NCBI GenBank assembly: GCA_963830365.1
Contig: CAWHMU010000027.1
Location: 1 to 64,000, forward strand
DNA length: 64,000 nt
DNA from: an uncultured Chlamydiae bacterium
GTDB taxonomy: Bacteria > Chlamydiota > Chlamydiia > Chlamydiales > Parachlamydiaceae
Direction: 5' to 3'
A model generated the notes under the pieces. The model saw only the letters and a program-made list of their open reading frames with translations. It was not told the DNA's origin and did not search any database. Positions 32,477-42,101 of this stretch are shown in pieces (within the stretch, counting starts at the first letter, position 1; every line of letters starts with the position of its first letter). Both the position numbers and the translations under genes were made by a program.

Positions 32477-32800
32477 ATGGCTCAAACACAACAACTCAAC
32501 CAAACCGCCACCTCCCTCCGCCCTCTCGGCAACCGCGTACTGCTGCGCCGCCTTGCCGCCGAAGAAACCCTCAAAGGGGGCATCATCCTCCCCGATGCCG
32601 CTAAGAAAAAACAGGAACAGGCCGAAGTCGTCGCTATCGGCACCGGCAAAAAAGATAAAAACGGACAACTAGTCCCCATGCATGTTAAAACCGGCGATAT
32701 CGTCCTCATCGAAAAATACTCAGGACAAGAAATCACCCTCAACGATGAAGAATTCGTCATCACCCGCGCCGATGATCTGATCGCCATCATCGAGAAATAA
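32477..32800 (+). CDS. groES: Co-chaperonin GroES
   Basis: LRPLGNRVL, GGIILPDAAKKK. Confidence 0.97.
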   Translation: MAQTQQLNQTATSLRPLGNRVLLRRLAAEETLKGGIILPDAAKKKQEQAEVVAIGTGKKDKNGQLVPMHVKTGDIVLIEKYSGQEITLNDEEFVITRADDLIAIIEK

Positions 32801-32813
32801 TTTATTAATATAA

Positions 32814-32938
32814 GGAGTGGCAGAACTACTGGGGTCTGGCTTGTGATTTGTGCTTTGAAAGTCCTCTCGCAAATCAAAACCAAAAGCACGCTTTCAAATC
32901 GCAAATCGCAAGCCTGACCCCAATAGTTCTGCCACTCC
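32814..32938. repeat. Long imperfect inverted repeat between groES and groEL
   Basis: GGAGTGGCAGAACTACTGGGGTC...TTTGAAAG / CTTTCAAA...GACCCCAATAGTTCTGCCACTCC. Confidence 0.75.
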
Positions 32939-32953
32939 CTCAAAAAAACTTAA

Positions 32954-34588
<1,635 letters not shown>

Positions 34589-34598
34589 CAAGAGCAGT

Positions 34599-34636
34599 AA
34601 AAAGCCCCGGGAAGCAATTCCCGGGGCTTTTTTTTG
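34599..34636 (+). terminator. Rho-independent terminator of groESL
   Basis: AAAAGCCCCGGGAA-GCAA-TTCCCGGGGCTTTTTTTT. Confidence 0.85.
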
Positions 34637-34662
34637 AAACAAGCCCTTATGGATTTAAATGC

Positions 34663-35619
34663 ATGAACAGCCTCGATAACACATTTTCAACACAAGTCTA
34701 CTTTCCACCCGCATGGGAAATCCCATCTGCCGCCGCAGCCGCCATGTTGCTACCGCCGCCCGATTCCAACTGCGCTAGAGTAGACCTGCTTAGAGATAGA
34801 ATCCCCTTCAATGATACTCAGAAGCAAACAGTAGCCTACAACCAGCGCATTAAAGAGCGCGCTAAAGCCGGCGACCTAAACGGCTGCTATCAGCTGGCGG
34901 AGGAAATGTCAGCCAAAAACCTGCCAGCCGATGCCTATACCTGTCATTCAATCATTCATTGCCATGTAAAACACGGCCAGGCCGCTGCCGCCTGGCAAAT
35001 CTTTAATACCATGACTGCTATCGGCATATCTCCTAATATTGCGACATTCAATTCTTTGCTGAAGCTGCCTGTAAAAGCTGGCGATGCCGAGGGCGCAGAA
35101 GCCCTCTTAAGAATAATGAGCGAGTATGGAATAGAACCCGACGTGATGACGTACACCTCCTTGATCAACCTGTATGCAAAATCAGGCGATGACGAGCTTG
35201 CCGAAGCCACCTTGGCACATATGAAAAGCAGAATAAAGCCCGATGCCTGGATATTTAACTGCCTAATCAAACTCTACCTGAATAAAGGCAATGAAAGCGA
35301 AGCGCTGCGCATTTTAAACAGCCGCATGGATGAGCATCACGTAAAACCCGATGTCGTGACTTTCACCACCTTCATCAATTATTATGCTGACTGCCATTGT
35401 GAATGGCGCGCCGAGACGATATTAGACTTCCGCATGCCCAAAGCCGGCGTCACACCTGACAAGGCCACGCTGTTGACCATGCTAAAGCTTTACACCAACA
35501 CCAATAACAGCTCCAAAAAGCAGCTCATCGAAAGCCAGCTGCAGGAACTGAAAGCAGCACCTCCTCATCGCAGAACCGCACGCATTTATCACCATCGATT
35601 TCAACACGTTCAACGCTAA
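34663..35619 (+). CDS. Pentatricopeptide-repeat (PPR) protein
   Basis: About six ~35-aa units: ADAYTCHSII, PNIATFNSLL, PDVMTYTSLI, PDAWIFNCLI, PDVVTFTTFI, PDKATLLTML. Confidence 0.9.
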   Translation: MNSLDNTFSTQVYFPPAWEIPSAAAAAMLLPPPDSNCARVDLLRDRIPFNDTQKQTVAYNQRIKERAKAGDLNGCYQLAEEMSAKNLPADAYTCHSIIHCHVKHGQAAAAWQIFNTMTAIGISPNIATFNSLLKLPVKAGDAEGAEALLRIMSEYGIEPDVMTYTSLINLYAKSGDDELAEATLAHMKSRIKPDAWIFNCLIKLYLNKGNESEALRILNSRMDEHHVKPDVVTFTTFINYYADCHCEWRAETILDFRMPKAGVTPDKATLLTMLKLYTNTNNSSKKQLIESQLQELKAAPPHRRTARIYHHRFQHVQR

Positions 35620-35782
35620 AACGCATCAGCCCCAAGCTGCTGGAAAAGCCGACATGGCAGACGATGCGGACGCAAAGCCACAAGCTGCTCGCGCCCAAAC
35701 GCTAAGCCAACATCCGTCCGCCTGTTTTGTCCATTTTCGTCCGCTCTGTCCGCAGATTTTCTGACAGATCCAGCCTAAGAAA

Positions 35783-35873
35783 TTGCTGTCGCCGTATTCA
35801 CGGCTTTGCTGCTAAACAACCTCTCACCACACGCTGACGCATGTGGCTACATGCTACCGCCTCTAGCGAGGCT
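35783..35873. repeat. Half copy of the GTAGCCAC-type REPIN-like repeat
   Basis: Matches the right half of 36747-36984. Confidence 0.75.
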
Positions 35874-35944
35874 AAAATCTGTCCTCCCTCGTCCGAACTT
35901 GCTGTCCGCCTGTTTTGTCCGCTTCGTCCGCCCTGTCTGCCATA

Positions 35945-36013
35945 GCCTCAAAGCAAAAAAAATCCCGGGAATGGCCTTCCCGGGATTTTCGCTGCCTTCA
36001 CGAATGTCAGGCC
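35945..36013 (-). terminator. Shared terminator block, copy 1
   Basis: Minus strand AAAATCCCGGGAAGGCCATTCCCGGGATTTTTTTT; repeated at 37318-37385 and 39803-39871. Confidence 0.8.
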
Positions 36014-36055
36014 TGATTCCATGCTTTGTTTTTGATACCGACGTCAGCTTCAAAG

Positions 36056-36388
36056 TTAACTTTCAACCTTCTTTGAAACCCTCTTTGTCAGAGCATAACT
36101 CGGCTGATATTTAATGCTTCTGGTTTGAGCTTTGGCAGGTTTTTCCTGTGCTTGGATCTCTTTTCCAATTTCGTATAAGACATCAGGGCAGAAATCCACC
36201 TCATTGGGCCAGCATACAGTGGTATCATCCAATGAAAAGTGCTTAAAATATTTTACATCTAATAAAGGCAGGAAAAGGCCTTTTGCATTCTTCAAAAACG
36301 GTTTAAAATCGACAACCTTGACTGCACCATCACTGAAAACCATCTTTATTTTGTAATCTTTGACATATTCAGCTTTTTTGACTCTCAT
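36056..36388 (-). CDS. DUF2442 family protein (partner of a putative DUF4160/DUF2442 toxin-antitoxin pair)
   Basis: YKIKMVFSDG...VDF...TVCWPNEVDFCPDVLY. Confidence 0.85.
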   Translation of the reverse strand: MRVKKAEYVKDYKIKMVFSDGAVKVVDFKPFLKNAKGLFLPLLDVKYFKHFSLDDTTVCWPNEVDFCPDVLYEIGKEIQAQEKPAKAQTRSIKYQPSYALTKRVSKKVES

Positions 36389-36581
36389 CGTTACACCAAC
36401 GGTTCGATTTTATTAAATTTCTCTTTCTTCAAAAGTTCCCAGTTTTTCTTCAGCTCTTTTTTGTGCATCTCTGCCCATTCGACTACCAAGCCTGTAACCC
36501 TCGCCGGGATCTTCCCTTTGATTACTTCGAGCGTATCGATCAAAAAAACGGCCTCATGCTCCCCATAAAAAGCATGAAAAT

Positions 36582-37125
36582 GGTTCATCGCACAATCGCG
36601 TACCTCGCCTTATGTAAATTAATCGAGGTCGTTGCAAATACTGCATCATAAAAATCCACAAATTGCATGTTCGCTCCTGTGAAGGTAGGAGTTGAGCCAG
36701 TACTGCCATATAAGCGACAGGGCGCAAGCCATGAGAACATTTTTAAAGCCTCGATAGAGGCGGAAGCATGTAGCCACATGCGTCAGCGTGTGGTCATCAC
36801 ATGTTTAGAAACAAAGCCGTGAATACGGCGACAGCAATGACTAAAGGATATTATATGGTGTAATAATCGCATTTAATTCAACCTCCCTCGAAGTTGCTGT
36901 CGCCGTATTCACGGCTCACTTTTTGCTACATTTCATTCCATAGGTTGACACCTATGGCTACATGCTTCCGCCTCTATCGAGGCTAACTAGATCTTCTGTG
37001 CTAGAATGTCGATTTGTTTCAAAGAGAACCCCACAAATATATTGTTAATTCTCGTTTTCCAACCAGCCATTATTAAGTCTTTTTAACGAATCCTCTCAGA
37101 CAGGTACGCGATTGTGCGATGAACC
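36582..37125. mobile_element. 544-bp TIR element E4
   Basis: Perfect 24-bp TIRs GGTTCATCGCACAATCGCGTACCT; 8-bp duplication ATGAAAAT at 36574-36581 and 37126-37133. Confidence 0.95.
36747..36984. repeat. REPIN-like nested inverted repeat inside E4
   Basis: 30-bp perfect outer arms AGCCTCGATAGAGGCGGAAGCATGTAGCCA; 23-bp inner arms AGCCGTGAATACGGCGACAGCAA. Confidence 0.85.
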
Positions 37126-37317
37126 ATGAAAATGGGGCGGGTTATGATCGACAAAATACATTTTTATCACAATTCCTAAAAATCGGCTAATCTCCGGCAT
37201 GCACAAACCCTTTACTACAGTATAACACAGCATAACAAAAAATTAACCAGCTAACCAACAAAAAGGGGTGAAAAAGCATCAGACCGCCCGTCTGCCACGT
37301 CCGCCCTGCCCGCCAGC

Positions 37318-37385
37318 GCCTCAAAGCAAAAAAATCCCGGGAATGGCCTTCCCGGGATTTTCGCTGCCTTCACGAATGTCAGGCC
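37318..37385 (-). terminator. Shared terminator block, copy 2
   Basis: Near-identical to 35945-36013. Confidence 0.8.
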
Positions 37386-37413
37386 GCCTTGCCTGACATC
37401 GTCATCTTCTCAA

Positions 37414-38748
37414 TTATTTAAAGAACCTAAGACGATCTTGAATTTCTTTAATAGCCGCATCGACTTGGGTCGTCTCTCCATGCTGACGAAAACCTTCTTT
37501 TATCAGTCTTATTACCGTTTCGAGATCTTTCTTAGCAACAGGCTGCTCATTGTTCACAGCATGTTGAATATTTTCTACAGCCTTTGTCAAAGCTTGGTTC
37601 TGTGTTGAATTTGGTCCAGTCCAGGCTCCCAGACTCTCTTGCAAGGTTTTTCCTCTCTTTGTTTTTATTTCTCCGCTACCAAGTTGTTTTAATAAACTGA
37701 ACAATGAATCTATGGCTGTTCCACGCTCAGCCTTGTCCTCGTTAGCATCGGCTGCTCGTTTAGCCTCTTTTGCCTCGGCAGTCCCCCGTACTTCTGCGGC
37801 AAACTTCTTATTAGCCTCTTCTAGTCCCGGCAGTTTTGATGACGATTTCGTATTTGCTTTTTCCCGAACAATCTCGACTAAGCGTCCCTTTTGCCCGCTG
37901 TCTTCATGTGGCAGTTGCTTTAATAGGTTAACCACAGCATTGGGTTCTGCCTGGTCAATGATTTTTGCAAGCTGCCGAAGATCTTTTGGATCTATGCGAC
38001 TACCCGGCTGGCTATAAACATCAAAAAGCCTATTTAAATCACCTTGTTGATGTTCACTAAATTTATTCCAGTTGGTTTTAACATACGCCCCCACTACTTT
38101 CATAAATTTCTGTGGATCACGGGTTTGAACGCCACTTTCTACCAGTTGCTGTTTTCCTGCTTCAGCTCCATGCGCTTTAGCAGATGGTGTTGCTCTTGGA
38201 AAGGCTTTGGCGGCTTCATCTGCTGATTGTCTGCCTTTTTTAGCAGCTTCTCTTGCATCAGCTACGGTCTCAGCTACATTCTGCTCATCCCTAGCTTCTA
38301 TTATGACCTCTTTATCAAGACTACTTTCAAGTTTTTTTTCGATTTTACTAAGCTCACCTAAAATCTTCTGCTTATCTTTTTGCGCAAATATCGATGAACC
38401 TTTCATTTCACCTAGCGCTACCTTTATCTTAGTCATAGAATCATACACCGCATTTGGGTTTTTCTCTTTAATGTGGCGATCAAGACTACCTGTAAGATCT
38501 GTAAGTGACTTTATCTGGGCTTTTATTGTTTGCCGATCGGCCGCGGTATTCTTGCCATAACTGCCGCCAAAGGCGTTGCTAATACTTTTCAGAATCTGGT
38601 GTAACAGGTTGGAGAAGATATTTACATCTTTCCACGTAGTTACCTTCTGTCCGCCTGGCATCTCGCCCTTTGCAGGGACTGCCGCTGTTTGTTGTACATG
38701 AGCTGGTTGAACTGGACCTACTTGATTTCTATCTGTTGGACTAACCAT
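37414..38748 (-). CDS. Hypothetical helical protein, candidate T3SS effector (paralog 1)
   Basis: 444-aa ORF, AGGAGG RBS, N-terminus shared with paralog 2. Confidence 0.82.
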   Translation of the reverse strand: MVSPTDRNQVGPVQPAHVQQTAAVPAKGEMPGGQKVTTWKDVNIFSNLLHQILKSISNAFGGSYGKNTAADRQTIKAQIKSLTDLTGSLDRHIKEKNPNAVYDSMTKIKVALGEMKGSSIFAQKDKQKILGELSKIEKKLESSLDKEVIIEARDEQNVAETVADAREAAKKGRQSADEAAKAFPRATPSAKAHGAEAGKQQLVESGVQTRDPQKFMKVVGAYVKTNWNKFSEHQQGDLNRLFDVYSQPGSRIDPKDLRQLAKIIDQAEPNAVVNLLKQLPHEDSGQKGRLVEIVREKANTKSSSKLPGLEEANKKFAAEVRGTAEAKEAKRAADANEDKAERGTAIDSLFSLLKQLGSGEIKTKRGKTLQESLGAWTGPNSTQNQALTKAVENIQHAVNNEQPVAKKDLETVIRLIKEGFRQHGETTQVDAAIKEIQDRLRFFK

Positions 38749-39025
38749 AATTTCCTCCTAGCTAACTTTTAGCCGATTTGTTTGGATTCTCTTCACCGTT
38801 ATTTAAAGCTAACTAAAATTATAGAACATATTTTTTTCTATTTACAATAAAAATAGTTAGTTTAAATTTACATTTTATTAGTATTAAACAAACACAATAT
38901 TAACAATCGCACTTTTACATCCTTTTCGAGGCACCTTTTGAGGCCTAAGTTTCGCGAAACAATCTGCATTTTTCTTTGTTTTTTGTTTGTTTTGGTTTTT
39001 CTTTGTGATTGCTGCCTTATTTAAC

Positions 39026-39042
39026 TGCAATTGGCGTGCCAA
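39026..39042 (-). promoter_or_regulatory. sigma54 (-24/-12) promoter
   Basis: Minus strand TTGGCACG-CCAA-TTGCA, matching TGGCACG-N4-TTGCW. Confidence 0.75.
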
Positions 39043-39383
39043 GCATGGAGTGCCCTGTGGCCGCAACTACGCATGACCTTGTGGCTTAATCGTTTATATT
39101 TGTTTAATAGCCAATTTGGTTGTTGCACACATCTGGCCGTAGAGGCTTGTTTTCAGGCCCATATACCATGCATCCACCTCATCATCAACAGGATAGCTAC
39201 AACTTCCGTTTTGTTTGAACGCAGCTAGATGGGAGGCAGAACAGCCTCCGGCTGAAAGTTTGGCCATGCTCACCTTGGCGATGGGTTTAATTTCTTCCAA
39301 AAAAAATGAAATAAGTGGAATCCCATCCGGCTATTGGTTTAATTTCGTGCATCTAAACATCCAGCCTCAAGAAGCTTAAGTTC

Positions 39384-39570
39384 GCCGTGAAAACGGCGGA
39401 AGCATGTAGCCACAGGTGCGAACCTGTGGTAAATGCATCAACAATATCAAGCCGTGGCTACGGCGGCAGAGCGCTCGAAGACCCTGCCGCCGTAGCCACG
39501 GCTTAATGTCTTTGGCTATGATTACCACAGGTTCACACCTGTGGCTACATGCTACCGCCGTTTTCACGGC
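39384..39570. repeat. REPIN-like nested inverted repeat (GTAGCCAC family)
   Basis: GCCGTGAAAACGGCGGAAGCATGTAGCCACAGGTG... / ...CACCTGTGGCTACATGCTACCGCCGTTTTCACGGC with inner GCCGTGGCTACGGCGGCAG arms. Confidence 0.82.
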
Positions 39571-39802
39571 TACCTTAAGATCCTTAAGCTGGTATAAACC
39601 GCCGCCTTAACCAAGTACTCGCGTTAAAGAGAGGATTTCTGACAAAGTTAAGCAAGGATAGGTGTTTTCTTATAGCAGCGGCTTTGTCTTGGCTTGCACT
39701 AGTCCGCCTTAGCTAACGGGCTACAAAGAGATGGGCTACGCCGTCCGCTATGTCCACCGCGTCCGCCTGTATTGTCCGCTTCGTCCGCCCCTGCCCGCCA
39801 TC

Positions 39803-39871
39803 GCCTCAAAGCAAAAAAATCCCGGGAATGGCTTCCCGGGATTTTCGCTGCCTTCACACGCATATCAGGCC
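39803..39871 (-). terminator. Shared terminator block, copy 3
   Basis: AAAATCCCGGGAATGGCTTCCCGGGATTTTCGCTGCCTTCAC. Confidence 0.8.
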
Positions 39872-39901
39872 TTCAGGTCTGACCCGTGTTCTTTTTTGTT
39901 A

Positions 39902-41362
39902 TTATGACACCAACTTCTTGATCTCGGCTAGCCGTGCGGCGAGATCAGGAGTCACAACTTTTGGATTATATTTGAATCCCTCTTCTACTAAGGCAAGGGC
40001 GGCTTTTAACTCCTTACGTGCCTCAAGAGTATTAGCAATGTGCGGCTTATCATAGTCGGTTGCATACTTGATATAGAAGTTATGCAATGTATTCTGCTTG
40101 GCTGATGATAACAACAATGCGGCTGGCCCAGTCCTGCGCAATGCTGGATTCAAGACCGTTTTCTCGGCATCGGAAATTAAGTCCGTCAATTTGTCGAAAG
40201 CCTCGGCGTTGCGCGCTTCGGACGCTTTATTGGCTAACCCAGCCCTATCCAATTCTGCTAATCGACCAGCTACCTTTTGTTTTGTTTCATCGGTAAACAG
40301 TGGTTTTGTGTCAATCTTCTGCATATGAAGTTTATTTAGATTAGCTTCAACTTTCGCTATATCTTCATCGCTTGCATGTATATCTTCTTCCTTTCCTACT
40401 TTCCCTTTTCCCGGCGCTTCGAATTTCATCGGTTTTGTTTTATGCTGGCGGACGCCTTCCCTAATTGCTGGACGGCGGGATTCCGCGGCTGGTGTTTCGG
40501 CTGGTGTTTCGGCTGGTTTATGCTGCCGCGCTTGAAACTGTTCAGTTCTCCGCTTCTCTTCAGCAGCATCATTTCTTTCATTGTCATACTTCTGCTTATA
40601 TATATCTCCCAATCCCGGTTTCTTTTGTCTTGCTGTATGTTCCTGTGGTGTTGGTGTATGCGTTTTTTCAGCTGGTGTTGTTGGCTCTTCCTTTTTAGCA
40701 GCTGTTGTTGGTTCTGGTGATGTCGCGGCTCGTGCTGGCAAGCCCATCATTTCAGAAAAACGTTTAGCCTTGTCAGCTGCGGTGGCGTTCGCAGGTAACG
40801 GGGATAGTGTTTTTGCTGGTTCTTGGGCTTGTTGTGTTTTCTTTATTACTGGAGCTTCCATCGCCTTGGCAAATCTTCTTGCTTCAGACTTAGCCTTAAC
40901 ATGCTGTTCTATGTTCTTTGGAACCGCTACTTTAGTTGCGGATGGTTTTGCTTGTGGCGACAATTTCCCTTGTGCTACCTTAATTTGGTCTAATATTTCT
41001 TTGATATCTTGCTTAAGATATGGTCCTTTAGCTTTCGTTAAAAGCTTCTCAAAAACATCTTTATTATGTCCAAGGTTTTTTAACTGACTCTCTGATGTCG
41101 AGTTCTTTACAGTATTATCATAATTATGTTTTAGCTCTTTAAATATATTCCTAAAATCTGTCGACTGCTCTGCATAATTCTTCGAAAAGAATTTGGAAAG
41201 ATGGTGAAATATTGCTTTAAACATATCCTTAAGTGAAAGATCACTAAATTTCGTTACCTTCTGTCCGCCTGGCATCTCGCCCTTTGCAGGGACTGCCGCT
41301 GTTTGTTGTACATGAGCTGGTTGAACTGGACCTACTTGATTTCTATCTATTGGACTACCCAT
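39902..41362 (-). CDS. Hypothetical Pro/Ala/Glu/Lys-rich protein, candidate T3SS effector (paralog 2)
   Basis: Start MGSPIDRNQVG after AGGAGG RBS; first 37 codons nearly identical to paralog 1. Confidence 0.82.
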   Translation of the reverse strand: MGSPIDRNQVGPVQPAHVQQTAAVPAKGEMPGGQKVTKFSDLSLKDMFKAIFHHLSKFFSKNYAEQSTDFRNIFKELKHNYDNTVKNSTSESQLKNLGHNKDVFEKLLTKAKGPYLKQDIKEILDQIKVAQGKLSPQAKPSATKVAVPKNIEQHVKAKSEARRFAKAMEAPVIKKTQQAQEPAKTLSPLPANATAADKAKRFSEMMGLPARAATSPEPTTAAKKEEPTTPAEKTHTPTPQEHTARQKKPGLGDIYKQKYDNERNDAAEEKRRTEQFQARQHKPAETPAETPAAESRRPAIREGVRQHKTKPMKFEAPGKGKVGKEEDIHASDEDIAKVEANLNKLHMQKIDTKPLFTDETKQKVAGRLAELDRAGLANKASEARNAEAFDKLTDLISDAEKTVLNPALRRTGPAALLLSSAKQNTLHNFYIKYATDYDKPHIANTLEARKELKAALALVEEGFKYNPKVVTPDLAARLAEIKKLVS

Positions 41363-41648
41363 ATTTTCCTCCTGGCTAAACTTTAGCCGCTTTGTTTGGA
41401 TTCTCTTCACCGTTATTTAAAGCTAACTAAAATTATAGAACATATTTTTTTCTATTTACAATAAAAATAGTTAGTTTAAATTTACATTTTATTAATATTA
41501 AACAAACACAATATTAACAATCACACTTTTACATCCTTTTCGAGGCACCTTTTGAGGCCTAAGTTTTGCGAAACAATCTGCATTTTTCTTTGTTTTTTGT
41601 TTGTTTTTGTTTGTTTTTGTTTTTCATCATTTGTGTTGCCATATCTAA

Positions 41649-41665
41649 TGCAATCGGCGTGCCAA
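41649..41665 (-). promoter_or_regulatory. sigma54 (-24/-12) promoter
   Basis: Minus strand TTGGCACG-CCGA-TTGCA. Confidence 0.75.
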
Positions 41666-42101
41666 GCATGGAGTGCCCTGTGACTACAACTACGTAGCAC
41701 ATTGTGGCTTAATCGCTTACATTTGTTTAATAGCCAATTTGGTTGTTGCACACCTCTGGCCACAGGGGTCTGTTTTTATGGGCCAGAAAAACAGCGCATC
41801 TAATTCATTTTCAACAGGATAGGCATAGTTTTAGTTGTGTTTGAAAGCTGTTCTATACGGAAAGTTTGAAAGTTTGGCCATCATCACGATCACCTTACTC
41901 CGAGAAAATATTCGGCCACGCAAGCAATAAAAAGAATAACTCCGACGGAGTTAAGCAAGAATATGTGTTTTCCCGCAGCTGCGACTCATCTTCGCTTGCG
42001 CTCGGCAAGCCTTAGCCCCGGGCTACAAAGTGATGGGCTACACCGTCCGCATCGTCCACATCGTCCACATCGTCCGGCAACTAGGGGGCAGGCCTGGGCG
42101 G

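Larger units (their letters stand above)
36391..37200 (-). pseudogene. DUF4160 family gene (85 aa) interrupted by TIR element E4
   Basis: Removing 36582-37125 plus one ATGAAAAT copy restores MPEISRFLGIVIKMYFVDHNPPHFHAFYGEHEAVF...FNKIEPLV*. Confidence 0.92.

Noticed and set aside
36391..36588. 65-aa ORF as a complete gene
   Set aside because: Its ATG lies inside the TIR of E4; it is the 3' half of the interrupted DUF4160 gene
36582..37125. Self-splicing intron or IStron in DUF4160
   Set aside because: Perfect TIRs and an 8-bp duplication indicate DDE-type insertion; no group I/II core motifs were recognised
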